From: Mycolicibacterium smegmatis
GTDB lineage: Bacteria > Actinomycetota > Actinomycetes > Mycobacteriales > Mycobacteriaceae
Direction: 5' to 3'
Assembly (NCBI RefSeq): GCF_001457595.1
Contig: NZ_LN831039.1
Location: 570,001-602,000 of the forward strand
DNA: 32,000 nucleotides
The notes beneath the pieces were generated by a model. The model was not told the origin of the DNA and did no database searches. It saw nothing but the letters and a program-made list of their open reading frames with translations. A program made the position numbers and the translations under genes. Positions 18,428-27,286 of this stretch are shown in pieces (position 1 is the stretch's first letter; the number at the start of each line of letters is the position of its first letter).

Positions 18428-18474
18428 CTGTTGTTATCGGGCGTTCTTCTCGAGATTTCGCTCGATAACAACAG
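18428..18474. repeat. Inverted repeat CTGTTGTTATCG ... CGATAACAACAG
   Basis: Perfect 12-bp arms (18428-18439 and 18463-18474) separated by 23 nt, intergenic. Confidence 0.9.
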
Positions 18475-18502
18475 CCTCGCGAACGGATCGGATCTGCCGG
18501 CG

Positions 18503-19714
18503 CTACCGGATCGCGAGCCCGGTCAGGGCCCGGGAGATCACCAGTCGCTGGATCTCGCTGGTGCCCTCGAAGATCGTGAAGATCTTGGCGTCGCGGTGCA
18601 TGCGCTCCACCGGGTAGTCGCGGGTGTAGCCGTTGCCGCCCAGGATCTGGATGGCCTCGTCGGTGACGTACACCGCGGTCTCGCTGGCCACGAGCTTGGC
18701 CATCGACCCCTCGGCGGAGTCGAACTGCTGGTTGTTGCGCGCCATCCACCCGGCCCGCCACACCAGCAGGCGCGCGGCGTCGATGCGGCTCTTCATGTCC
18801 GCGAGTTTGAATGCCACGGCCTGGAACTCACCGATCTTGCGGCCGAACTGCTCCCGCTGGCACGCGTAATCCAGCGCGTACTCGTAGGCCGCGCGCGCAA
18901 CACCGACCGCCATCGCCCCGACCGTCGGTCGGGTGCGTTCGAACGTCTTCATCGCGGCGTGGCCGCCGGCTGATGCGCCGGACTTCACCCGCGCGATCCG
19001 CTCCTCGAACTTCTCCCGGCCGCCGAGGATCATGTCCTCGGGCAGGCGGACGTTGTCGAGGACCACCTCGGCGGTGTGGGAGGCGCGGATGCCGTGCTTC
19101 TTGAACTTCTGTCCCTGGACCAGGCCGTGGGTGCCCGGCGGGACGATGAAGGTCGCCTGGCCGCGCGAGCCCAGCTCGGGGTACACCGACGCCACCACGA
19201 TGTGCACGTTGGCGATGCCGCCGTTGGTGGCCCAGGTCTTGGTGCCGTTGAGCACCCATTCGCGCGTGGCCTCGTCGAAGCGCGCGCGTGTGCGGATGGC
19301 GCCGACGTCGGACCCCGCATCCGGCTCCGAGGAACAGAACGCCCCGAGCTTCGGCTCGTCGGCCGTGCCGAACATCTCGGGGAGCCACTGGCCCAGCTGC
19401 TCGGGGGTGCCGTTGCCGGCCAGGGCCGCGGCCGCCAGACCCGTTCCCAGAATCGACAGCGCGATGCCTGCGTCGCCCCAGAACAGCTCCTCGAACACCG
19501 TGAGCATGCCGATGCCGGTGGGCTCGGCGGCCTGCTGGGCGAACAGCTCGGGGGAGTAGAGCCCGACCTTGGCCGCCTCCTGGATCACCGGCCACGGCGT
19601 CTCTTCCCGCTCATCCCATTCGGCCGCCGCAGGGCGCACGACCTCCGCGGCGAACTGGTGCACCCAGTCGCGCACCTCGATCACGTCGTCGCTCAGCTGA
19701 AGTGAGAACGTCAC
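18503..19714 (-). CDS. Acyl-CoA dehydrogenase
   Basis: ORF to 19723; GTG at 19714 follows [19 protein letters not shown]-like [27 protein letters not shown] and the C-terminal [35 protein letters not shown]. Confidence 0.95.
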   Translation of the reverse strand: MTFSLQLSDDVIEVRDWVHQFAAEVVRPAAAEWDEREETPWPVIQEAAKVGLYSPELFAQQAAEPTGIGMLTVFEELFWGDAGIALSILGTGLAAAALAGNGTPEQLGQWLPEMFGTADEPKLGAFCSSEPDAGSDVGAIRTRARFDEATREWVLNGTKTWATNGGIANVHIVVASVYPELGSRGQATFIVPPGTHGLVQGQKFKKHGIRASHTAEVVLDNVRLPEDMILGGREKFEERIARVKSGASAGGHAAMKTFERTRPTVGAMAVGVARAAYEYALDYACQREQFGRKIGEFQAVAFKLADMKSRIDAARLLVWRAGWMARNNQQFDSAEGSMAKLVASETAVYVTDEAIQILGGNGYTRDYPVERMHRDAKIFTIFEGTSEIQRLVISRALTGLAIR

Positions 19715-19742
19715 AGTATGCACTCCTGAAATCGGTTGTTGG

Positions 19743-20360
19743 TCAACGGTTGTCGGTCTGGTTGTCGGTCCGGTGCTGCTCGATGGCGGCGACGGTCTGG
19801 GCGACCCAGGCCTCGAAGAAACGGTCGTGGTCGACGTTGCCGGGGGTGCGTCCGTTCAGTGCGTGCAACGTGGCGACGTACGACAGCGACGCGATCGCCA
19901 CGGCGGCGGTGGCCTCCGGGTCGGGGATTTCGGTGCGGCCGGCGCGGTTGGATGCGGCCAGTTCGTCGGCAAAGCGTTGGTAGGCGTTGTCGGTGATCAC
20001 CTGCCAGGTCTTCTCGTCGAGGTCACCGAGTTCGTCGGGTTCACGCAGCATCACCCTCAGCAACTCTTCGCTCTGCGTCAGGTTCGTCCAGATCAGCTGA
20101 CCCGCGCTGCGGACCGCGTCTTCGACGGTGCGCGGTTTCTCGGCGTCGTACTGCTCGCGCGCGGCCACGATGTTGTCGATGCGGTGCGTGATCGCGGCCT
20201 CCAGCAACTCGCGCTTGGAGCCGAAGTGCTTGTAGAGCGCACCCGATCCGGGGGCGAGGCCGGCCTGCTGCTGAATCTCGGCGACCGACGTCGCCGCATA
20301 GCCCTTCGCGGCGAACAGCTTCAACGCGGCGGCCATGAGACGGTCGCGGGCGGCGGACAT
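19743..20360 (-). CDS. TetR/AcrR-family transcriptional regulator
   Basis: [53 protein letters not shown] is a TetR HTH; likely start 20360 rather than 20381. Confidence 0.92.
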   Translation of the reverse strand: MSAARDRLMAAALKLFAAKGYAATSVAEIQQQAGLAPGSGALYKHFGSKRELLEAAITHRIDNIVAAREQYDAEKPRTVEDAVRSAGQLIWTNLTQSEELLRVMLREPDELGDLDEKTWQVITDNAYQRFADELAASNRAGRTEIPDPEATAAVAIASLSYVATLHALNGRTPGNVDHDRFFEAWVAQTVAAIEQHRTDNQTDNR

Positions 20361-20382
20361 GGTGAGAGAGTACTCACTCACC
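20361..20382. promoter_or_regulatory. Candidate TetR autoregulatory operator GGTGAGAGAGTACTCACTCACC
   Basis: 22-bp palindrome with one mismatched pair, directly abutting the likely TetR start codon. Confidence 0.7.
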
Positions 20383-20424
20383 TCGGCGCGGCAATAACCG
20401 CCCCCGCAGCGGGCAGGCGGACGA

Positions 20425-20964
20425 TCAGACCACGCGCGAATCAGAATGCGCGTGTGAACTGAGGTGCGCGACGATGTCGGCGCGCAGTTGGTCCATGCTC
20501 AGGCACGGATCGACCTTGCCGGTGTCCCACTCCTGGTGGCCGAGCACGTGCGAGGCGGACCGGTTGATGTGCCGCAGGATCGCTGCGCAGCAGCGGACGT
20601 AACTCAGGTACTGCTCCCGGGGGTACTTCTGACGGCGTCTCATTTCTGCGTGGATCCCGATGGTGCGGGTGTCGACGTCGTCGCGCGGCAGGTCGGGGTG
20701 ATAGCCGGGGCCGGCATGATGGGCCACCCCCGCGGCCACCACCGCGACGGTGCCGTCGCGTCGTATCAGCACGTTCGACAACGGGCCTGGTCGCTCCCCG
20801 GTGCCCAGTGCGATGGCGTCCGTGGCGATGTCGTCACCTGCGGTGTTGTGGCACATGATGCCCCAGATGTCGTCGAAGTCGCCGTCACCGTTCGCGCGCC
20901 AGCCGTCGATCTCGTCGACGTCGAGTCCTTCGGCGCGAAGGGCGTCGGCAAGCCAGACCATCAT
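20425..20964 (-). CDS. Small single-domain N-acetylmuramoyl-L-alanine amidase, phage-endolysin-like (Amidase_2/PGRP fold)
   Basis: 179 aa; WGIMCHNTAG, IGIHAEMRRRQKYPREQYLSYVRCCAAILRHI and GHQEWDTGKVDPCL match zinc-ligand/active-site positions of lysin amidases. Confidence 0.72.
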   Translation of the reverse strand: MMVWLADALRAEGLDVDEIDGWRANGDGDFDDIWGIMCHNTAGDDIATDAIALGTGERPGPLSNVLIRRDGTVAVVAAGVAHHAGPGYHPDLPRDDVDTRTIGIHAEMRRRQKYPREQYLSYVRCCAAILRHINRSASHVLGHQEWDTGKVDPCLSMDQLRADIVAHLSSHAHSDSRVV

Positions 20965-21074
20965 TGTGAGCTCCCCGGAGCGAGTTCCACGAGGCCGCGT
21001 GGGACAGCGGCGACTTCATGCTCGCGGTGCGCGCCTTGAGCGGGCGTGAGTAGTGAGGTACCCGATTCGTCGGG

Positions 21075-22328
21075 TCACACCCTGGCCGTGACGGTCCTGG
21101 GCTCGAGGTGCTTGGACCAGCCCGATGCGCACAGTGCCGTGCATGCGGCCGCCAGCAGTCCGACGACGGTCAACATTGCCGGGTAGCTGAAGAAGCGGGC
21201 CAGCGCGGCGAGGATCGCGGGCAGGAGGAACCCGGCGTAGGCCAACGAGTAGTACACACCCGAGATGCCGGCGAGTTCGTCGGGTTCGGCGATGCGCTGG
21301 ACCTCCAACAGCCCTGAGACGATGGCGATGCCGTATGCGCAGCCGAGCAGCATCGCCACCACCACCGCCATACCGATGGACCTCGTGACAGCGGTGGCCA
21401 CCGCGGCGAAGACACCGAGGGCCATGAGAACCATCGAGACCACGACCGCTCGGGCACTCGAGTGGTCATCGAGGCGCCGTGCGATCGGCTGGACCGCGAC
21501 GCCGCATCCGAGGGTCAACACGGTCAGGCCCGCGGTGTACAGCAGGGCCCAGTGCCCGAGCCGGTCGGCGACGAGCGCGGGCACGATCGCGTAGGCGATC
21601 GCCGCCGAACCGAAGATCCAGGGCGCCATCGGCATGACGACGCGGACGAAGCGCCGGTGCGCGGCCGCGGGGACACGCAGTCCCTCGATGACACCGACAG
21701 ATGGCGTGCCGGAACGTGTTTCGATGGTGCGGTGCCGGATGGCCCACAGTGCGGGCAGGCACAGCCCGGCATGCACCAGGTAGGTCAACACCAGGGGGAG
21801 CGGGGCGTATTCGGTGAGCAGTCCTGCGCACAGCGGGCCCACGCCGAGACCGAGCGACAGGCAGATCGAGGCGCGTCGCGCGCCGCTTCCGGGCGCCGCG
21901 TCGTCGAACGGAGCTCTCGACAACTCGGTGATCCAGGCCGAGCCGACGGCCATCGCGATGCCAACCGCCGCACCACTGAGCAGACGGCCGGCGAAAAGCG
22001 CTGAGAATCCCCAGTATTCACCGATGGCGAGAATCACGCTGCCGAGCGCGGAACTCGCCACACCGAGTGCCATCACCGGACGCCTGCCGTAGCGGTCGGA
22101 CAGGGTCGAGGCCACCAGCAGGCCGGGGATGAGGCCCAGGACGTAGGCGCCGAGCAGCACGTCGACGTCGACCCGGGTGTAGCCGGAGTGCTGTGTGTAC
22201 GCGATGAGCAGCGGGGTGAACTGATTGCCGCCCCAACCGATGCAGAAGGCGGCCGCTGCCACCGCGACCCATGGGCGGAGCCGATGTGATCTGTGCTGTG
22301 TTTCGGATGGTGTTGCTGTGGCGGTCAT
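21075..22328 (-). CDS. MFS transporter
   Basis: 417 aa polytopic protein with MFS loop signature LLVASTLSDRYGRRPVMALG. Confidence 0.9.
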   Translation of the reverse strand: MTATATPSETQHRSHRLRPWVAVAAAAFCIGWGGNQFTPLLIAYTQHSGYTRVDVDVLLGAYVLGLIPGLLVASTLSDRYGRRPVMALGVASSALGSVILAIGEYWGFSALFAGRLLSGAAVGIAMAVGSAWITELSRAPFDDAAPGSGARRASICLSLGLGVGPLCAGLLTEYAPLPLVLTYLVHAGLCLPALWAIRHRTIETRSGTPSVGVIEGLRVPAAAHRRFVRVVMPMAPWIFGSAAIAYAIVPALVADRLGHWALLYTAGLTVLTLGCGVAVQPIARRLDDHSSARAVVVSMVLMALGVFAAVATAVTRSIGMAVVVAMLLGCAYGIAIVSGLLEVQRIAEPDELAGISGVYYSLAYAGFLLPAILAALARFFSYPAMLTVVGLLAAACTALCASGWSKHLEPRTVTARV

Positions 22329-22963
22329 TTCAAGGTAACCCGATAGGTCGCTTCCAGATGTGAGAGCAGGGCGGACTCGAACTCCTCGACATCGCGGCGC
22401 TCGATGGCCTCCGCGAGGCGGGCGTGTTCACCGATGAGGGCGGCAAGGCGGGCGCTGTCGGAGCGGGCGGCGTCGGCCATCATGCGTCGCTGCCGGTCGC
22501 TGAGCGATCCGTAGAACCGTTGGCCGATGGGGTTTCCCGCGACCTCGACGATGCGGCGGTGAAACGTGTCGTCGGCCACGGCGAACGCGTGGGCGTCGTT
22601 CGTCTCGGCGAGACGACGCTGCTGGTCGACGAGATCGTTGAGTTCGGTGAACAGCGAGTCGACGACGTCAGGGGTGCGGCACAACCGGCGTACGGCGGCG
22701 GTCTTGAGCGCCAGGCGCATCTCCAGGAGGTCGGTGCCCTCTTGCGGCGGGACGGGTACCACGACGGCGCCGCGTCGCGGCAGAAGTTCGAGCAGATCTT
22801 CGGCCGCCAACCGCAGGAATGCCTCGTGGACGGGGGTGCGGCTCAGGCCTAGTTCGCCTGCGACCTCGACCTCACTGAGCAGTTGGCCACCGCGGATGCC
22901 GCCGGACAGGATGCGGTCCTTGGTGGCCTGGTACGCGCGTTGACTGTTGCTGGTCGTGTCCAC
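22325..22963 (-). CDS. GntR-family regulator (FCD/FadR subfamily)
   Basis: LLSEVEVAGELGLSRTPVHEAFLRLAAEDLLELLPRRGAVV HTH; C-terminal FCD-like VADDTFHRRIVEVAGNP. Stop overlaps the MFS start as ATGA. Start placed at GTG 22963 because upstream codons lie in a palindrome. Confidence 0.88.
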   Translation of the reverse strand: MDTTSNSQRAYQATKDRILSGGIRGGQLLSEVEVAGELGLSRTPVHEAFLRLAAEDLLELLPRRGAVVVPVPPQEGTDLLEMRLALKTAAVRRLCRTPDVVDSLFTELNDLVDQQRRLAETNDAHAFAVADDTFHRRIVEVAGNPIGQRFYGSLSDRQRRMMADAARSDSARLAALIGEHARLAEAIERRDVEEFESALLSHLEATYRVTLK

Positions 22964-22978
22964 GTCGACCAGCGTAGC

Positions 22979-23010
22979 GCGCCTTGCATGCAAGTATGCA
23001 TGCAAGGCGC
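22979..23010. promoter_or_regulatory. Candidate GntR operator GCGCCTTGCATGCA-AGTA-TGCATGCAAGGCGC
   Basis: Perfect 14-bp arms with a 4-nt spacer, just upstream of the likely GntR start. Confidence 0.75.
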
Positions 23011-23021
23011 TGTGGTGTCGG

Positions 23022-23588
23022 TTACTGCTGTGCCTGAGCCTGGGGTTGCTTGGCCAGGGCGTCGATCAGCGCCTTGTTGAAGGCCGGGATGTCCTTCGGG
23101 GAACGGCTGGTGATCAGGTTGCCGTCGACCACGACCTCCTCGTCCAGCACCGTGGCGCCGGCATTGCGCAGATCGGTGCGCAGGCTCGCGTAGGAGGTGA
23201 GGGTGCGGCCTTTGGCGACTCCGGCCTCGATGAGTGTCCACGGGCCGTGGCAGATCACCGCGACCGGACGGCCGGAGGTCACGAAGTCGTGGACGAACGC
23301 GACGGCCTTCGCATCAGACCGGAGCTTGTCGGCGTTCACGGTGCCCCCGGGGACCACCAGGGCGTCGAACTCGTCACCCTTGGCCTCGCTCACCAGGCGG
23401 TCGACGGTGTAGGTGCCCGCCGGTTCCAGGTCGTGGTCGCGGGCGTCGATCGAGCCGGTCTGCAGCGACAGCAACTCGGTGCGGGCACCGGCCTGTTCGA
23501 GCGCTTCACGCGGTTCGACCAGCTCGCGGCGTTCGACTCCGTCGGTGGCCAGGATGGCAACCTTCTTGCCGTCGAGTGCGTGGGTCAT
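23022..23588 (-). CDS. Type 1 glutamine amidotransferase / DJ-1-PfpI family protein
   Basis: KKVAILATDGVERRELVEPREALEQAGA...; nucleophile elbow VAVICHGPWTLIEAG; start MTHALDGKKVAI at 23588. Confidence 0.9.
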   Translation of the reverse strand: MTHALDGKKVAILATDGVERRELVEPREALEQAGARTELLSLQTGSIDARDHDLEPAGTYTVDRLVSEAKGDEFDALVVPGGTVNADKLRSDAKAVAFVHDFVTSGRPVAVICHGPWTLIEAGVAKGRTLTSYASLRTDLRNAGATVLDEEVVVDGNLITSRSPKDIPAFNKALIDALAKQPQAQAQQ

Positions 23589-23659
23589 GGTGGGTCTCCC
23601 TCTGTGCGCGGAATGTAGGTCACCTGAGTGCCTACCCACTGCGAGGGATTCCTACCGGA

Positions 23660-24088
23660 TCAGAAGGGACTGCTGTTGGACTGGAACTTCGCGGACTCCG
23701 GACGCGGTCCGAAGCGGCGGATGTAGTCCTCGTGGATGTGGGCCTGCTTCTTGTACCGGATCTCGTCGACCAGGTTCGGATCGAGGCCGTGCTGCGCCAG
23801 GCGGTGTCGGCGCCACACCTTGTTGAGGGCCAGCGCCATGAGCAGCGACCAGATGTAGATGGGCACCGTCATCTCGATGTGCACGTACAACGACGCGGGC
23901 AAAAGCCAGAATGGGGCCAGTACCAGTGCCGGCGGGATCGCCATCCGGATCATGTGGCGGCGGACGGCGCCGTGATCGGCCAGGTCATGGGCGACCCACT
24001 CGCGCATCGAGTCCGGCAACCGCCTGCCGTACGAATACGCGATGTACTGAAGCAGATTGGGGCGATCTTTTTTCCGTTCGGCGGCCAT
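23660..24088 (-). CDS. DUF5313-like small membrane protein
   Basis: 142 aa; RPNLLQYIAYSYGRRLPDSMREWVAHDL plus two hydrophobic segments, as recalled for this mycobacterial family. Confidence 0.65.
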   Translation of the reverse strand: MAAERKKDRPNLLQYIAYSYGRRLPDSMREWVAHDLADHGAVRRHMIRMAIPPALVLAPFWLLPASLYVHIEMTVPIYIWSLLMALALNKVWRRHRLAQHGLDPNLVDEIRYKKQAHIHEDYIRRFGPRPESAKFQSNSSPF

Positions 24089-24102
24089 GATGATCCTTGT
24101 GT

Positions 24103-24594
24103 TCAGTGGTTGACACCGTTCGCGGCCAGCGCGGCGGTGTTGACCCGGGTCAAGACCCGGTGCAGTTCTTCCAGTTCGGCCATGTCCACGCCCAGTCGCT
24201 CGACGACCTTGGGAGGGATCTCCAGCGCTCGTTGACGCAGCGCGATCCCGGCCTCGGTGAGCCGGATGTCTGTGGCGCGTTCATCACCGACGCTACGCGT
24301 GCGGGTGATCAGGCCGAGCGCCTCAAGACGCTTCAGCATCGGCGACAGCGTCGCCGAGTCCAGTTGCAGGGTCGCGGCGATCTGCTTCACCGACAGCGGA
24401 CCAACGCCGGCCGAGCTGATCTTGTGGTGGTCCCACAGCGCCAGCATGACCAGATATTGCGGGTGGGTGAGGCCCAGTGGCTCGAGCAGCGGCCGGTAGA
24501 TCGACAGCACGGCCCGGTTGGTCACCGCCAACGCGAAGCACACCTGCCGCTCGAGGGCGAGGGGATCGACGTCGACGCTTGAGGGTGAGGCCAC
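24103..24594 (-). CDS. MarR-family regulator, OhrR-like
   Basis: N-terminal QVCFALAVTNRAV, LGLTHPQYLVMLALWD, LDSATLSPMLKRLEALGLITRTRSVGDERATDIRLTEAG. Confidence 0.87.
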   Translation of the reverse strand: MASPSSVDVDPLALERQVCFALAVTNRAVLSIYRPLLEPLGLTHPQYLVMLALWDHHKISSAGVGPLSVKQIAATLQLDSATLSPMLKRLEALGLITRTRSVGDERATDIRLTEAGIALRQRALEIPPKVVERLGVDMAELEELHRVLTRVNTAALAANGVNH

Positions 24595-24601
24595 AACTAA
24601 A

Positions 24602-24637
24602 ACGTACGCTAATAGTTAGGGCGCTAACAATGTACGT
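24602..24637. promoter_or_regulatory. Candidate MarR/OhrR operator region
   Basis: ACGTACGCTAATAGTTAGGGCGCTAACAATGTACGT contains CTAA-TAG-TTAG and GTTAG-GGCG-CTAAC, just upstream of the MarR start. Confidence 0.5.
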
Positions 24638-24667
24638 ATCGTCACATCGCCTGGCAGGCGGATGCGA

Positions 24668-25342
24668 TCAGTTCGCGCGCCGCGCGAGACGTTCGGTGTT
24701 GTCGATCAGGATGCTCTTGCCCTGCACGCGGATCCAGCCGCGCTGTGCGAAATCGGACAGCGCCTTGTTGACCGTCTCGCGGGACGAGCCGACCAGTTGG
24801 GCGATCTCCTCCTGGGTCAGCTCGTGGTCGACGCGCAGAGAGTTGCCCTCGCGCGTCCCGAAGCGTTGCGCGAGATGCAGCAGTTGTTTTGCGACGCGGC
24901 CTGGCACGTCGGTGAAGATGAGGTCGGACAGGTTGTCGTTGGTGCGCCGCAATCGCCGTGCCAGGACCCGCAGGAGTTGCTCGGCGATCTCGGGGCGGTC
25001 GGCGATCCAGTTCCGCAGCACCTTGCGGTGCATCATCACGGCCTGTACATCCGAGAGTGCGGTGACCGTCGAGGTCCGCGGACCGGGATCGAAGATCGCC
25101 AGCTCGCCGAACATGTCCGAGGGGCCCATCAGCGTGAGCAGGCTTTCGCGGCCGTCCACCGACTTGCGGCCGATCTTCACCTTCCCCGACGTGATGATGT
25201 ACAGCGTCTCGCCGGGCTCACCCTCGGTGAAGACCACCTGGCCCCGACTGAACGACACCGGTTCCAACTGCTGGGCAAGTGCGGCCACCGCGCTGGGTTG
25301 CACCCCCTGGAAGATGCCAGCGCGCGCCAGCACTTCGTCCAT
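24668..25342 (-). CDS. crp: Crp/Fnr-family cAMP receptor protein paralogue
   Basis: [28 protein letters not shown]..., cyclic-nucleotide pocket [48 protein letters not shown]; highly similar to recalled M. tuberculosis Rv3676. Confidence 0.9.
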   Translation of the reverse strand: MDEVLARAGIFQGVQPSAVAALAQQLEPVSFSRGQVVFTEGEPGETLYIITSGKVKIGRKSVDGRESLLTLMGPSDMFGELAIFDPGPRTSTVTALSDVQAVMMHRKVLRNWIADRPEIAEQLLRVLARRLRRTNDNLSDLIFTDVPGRVAKQLLHLAQRFGTREGNSLRVDHELTQEEIAQLVGSSRETVNKALSDFAQRGWIRVQGKSILIDNTERLARRAN

Positions 25343-25372
25343 ACTTCGACCCCTGTATCCCGTCGGCGATCT

Positions 25373-25388
25373 TGTTACGGCGTTCACA
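25373..25388. promoter_or_regulatory. Candidate Crp-binding site TGTTA-CGGCGT-TCACA
   Basis: 9 of 10 positions match TGTGA-N6-TCACA; 31-46 bp upstream of the crp paralogue start. Confidence 0.6.
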
Positions 25389-25511
25389 CTACAAGAGGTG
25401 TGTGTCACATAAGGCCGGCCAAATTTCGCCTACAGGAAACGCACTGCTCGCGCCGGTTCTCCTACTCCTGCCGGTCTCGTTAGGCTCGGGGCGAGTGATG
25501 GAGTGTGTCCC

Positions 25512-26135
25512 GTGTACCTACCCCCGAAGTTCGCGCTGAGCCCTGAGCGCGTCGACGCTGTCCTGGCCGAAGCGGGCTTTGCCCAGCTCGTCAGCCACAC
25601 CACAGCGGGTCTGGTGGTGACGCCGCTGCCATTGCTCTACGACGCCGAGCGGCACGCGCTGCTGGGTCATGTCGCGAGGGCCAACGACCACTGGCGTGCG
25701 GCCGGGGCCGAATCGGTGGCGATCTTCACCGGACCGCAGGCCTACGTGTCACCCAGCTTCTATCCCACCAAGGCCGAGACCGGCAAGGTGGTGCCGACGT
25801 GGAACTACGAGGTGCTCAACGTCTACGGCACCCTCCGCGTCCACGACGACCCGGACTGGTTGCTCGATCTGGTCACCAAGCTGACCGACCGGCACGAGGC
25901 CGGGCGCGACCGGCCATGGCGGGTTGCCGATGCGCCGACGTCCTACACCCGAGCTCAACTCAACGGCATCGTCGGTGTCGAACTGCCCGTCGAGCGCGTC
26001 GAGGCGAAGGCGAAGATGTCGCAGAACCAACCTGCCCGTAACCGTGCCGGTGTGATCGCAGGACTCGCGGCGTCGCAATCCGCACTCGACGCCGAGGTTT
26101 CCGAACGCGTCGCCGCGTTCGATCCTGACCATTGA
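25512..26135 (+). CDS. PaiB-family FMN-binding negative transcriptional regulator-like protein
   Basis: VYLPPKFALSPERVDAVL...PLLYD...LLGHVARANDHWRA...YVSPSFYPTKAETGKVVPTWNYEVLNVYG; RBS GGAG near 25499. Confidence 0.85.
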   Translation: MYLPPKFALSPERVDAVLAEAGFAQLVSHTTAGLVVTPLPLLYDAERHALLGHVARANDHWRAAGAESVAIFTGPQAYVSPSFYPTKAETGKVVPTWNYEVLNVYGTLRVHDDPDWLLDLVTKLTDRHEAGRDRPWRVADAPTSYTRAQLNGIVGVELPVERVEAKAKMSQNQPARNRAGVIAGLAASQSALDAEVSERVAAFDPDH

Positions 26136-26222
26136 CGATCGGTCCGCTCACCAGGTGTTACATCGTCCGACTCGCCACGCGATCACGACGACAGCTGTAA
26201 CGTAACGGTTGTGGCAGCCTCG

Positions 26223-26570
26223 ATGTGTGCCGTCTGCGGCACCTGGTTCACCGGGAGAGCGGACGCGGTGTACTGCTCGTCGGCGTGCAGACAGAAGGCG
26301 CACCGGGCTCGCATCGCTCATCGCGTCGCCGCGGTGAGCAGCAAGCGCAGCGACACCGATCGTGATGAGGTCAGGCGGCGTCCCGTCGCGATCCGGTCCG
26401 ACATCGCGCAGTCGATCGCACGGGCGCGCGAGCAGGTGGCCGTGTCCCGCAGGCTGTGCCGCGACAGCGCAGAACGGTTGCAGCGGCTCGAAGACCTTCA
26501 ACGCGAACTCGCCGAGCCTCGGGAGGTGTGGGCAACAACGCCGATGTCGTATGCGAAGTGGGCGCGATGA
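26223..26570 (+). CDS. Small Cys4 zinc-finger protein with helical tail
   Basis: MCAVCGTWFTGRADAVYCSSACRQKAHRARIAHRVAAV has C-x2-C-x12-C-x3-C; stop overlaps the next start (ATGA). Confidence 0.68.
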   Translation: MCAVCGTWFTGRADAVYCSSACRQKAHRARIAHRVAAVSSKRSDTDRDEVRRRPVAIRSDIAQSIARAREQVAVSRRLCRDSAERLQRLEDLQRELAEPREVWATTPMSYAKWAR

Positions 26571-27271
26571 CCGCCGCACCCGAGAACGACAACACTGCGG
26601 CCGCCGTACAGGCACTGACCGGCGGCACACCTCAACAGATGGGCTGGTTCCGCTTCTACTTCGCCGATCAACACTGGGAATGGTCCGCCGAGGTGCAGCG
26701 CATGCACGGCTACGAGCCGGGCACCGTCACGCCGACAACGGAACTCGTTCTGTCACACAAGCATCCCGACGACCGTGACCAGGTGGCCGCCGACATCAAC
26801 GACATGATGACCGGGCGGCGGGCCTTCGGCAGGAGACACCGGATCATCGACACCAGCGGTACGGTGCGTCAGGTGATCGTCGTCAGCGATCAACTCCACG
26901 GCCTCGACGGCGACGTGATCGGCATCCGCGGCTTCTACATCGACGTGACGCCGCCCAGAAGCCGGCAGGAAGACGCGGTCATCACCGCCGAGGTTGCCAA
27001 GATCACCGAGCGGCGTGCGGTGATCGAACAGGTCAAAGGCATGCTGATGCTGATCTACGGCATCGATGAGGACGCGGCCTTCGACCTGCTGAAGTGGCTG
27101 TCGCAGGAGAACAACGTCAAGTTGCGCGTCCTGGCCGAGCAGGTGGCGAAGGATTTCACCGCGCTCGGGGACACCGGTGTGCTGTCGCGGTCGAAGTTCG
27201 ACCAGCTTCTGTTGACCGCCGCGCGACGTGCCGTCAGTTCCGACGACGATTCGATGTCGACGTCGGCGTAG
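26567..27271 (+). CDS. PAS and ANTAR domain-containing regulatory protein
   Basis: PAS-like MGWFRFYFADQHWEWSAEVQRMHGYEPG... and ANTAR-like ITERRAVIEQVKGMLMLIYGIDEDAAFDLLKWLSQENNVKLRVLAEQVAKDF. Confidence 0.88.
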   Translation: MTAAPENDNTAAAVQALTGGTPQQMGWFRFYFADQHWEWSAEVQRMHGYEPGTVTPTTELVLSHKHPDDRDQVAADINDMMTGRRAFGRRHRIIDTSGTVRQVIVVSDQLHGLDGDVIGIRGFYIDVTPPRSRQEDAVITAEVAKITERRAVIEQVKGMLMLIYGIDEDAAFDLLKWLSQENNVKLRVLAEQVAKDFTALGDTGVLSRSKFDQLLLTAARRAVSSDDDSMSTSA

Positions 27272-27286
27272 TTGTCACGCCGTTTA

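Noticed and set aside
18933-19705. Overlapping plus-strand ORFs opposite the acyl-CoA dehydrogenase
   Set aside because: Mirror ORFs of a well-supported enzyme gene.
26157-26201. GTTACA ... TGTAAC inverted pair upstream of the zinc-finger gene
   Set aside because: Only 6-bp arms separated by 33 nt; too weak to call, though nearby GTAACGTAAC direct repeats could be rechecked with TSS data.
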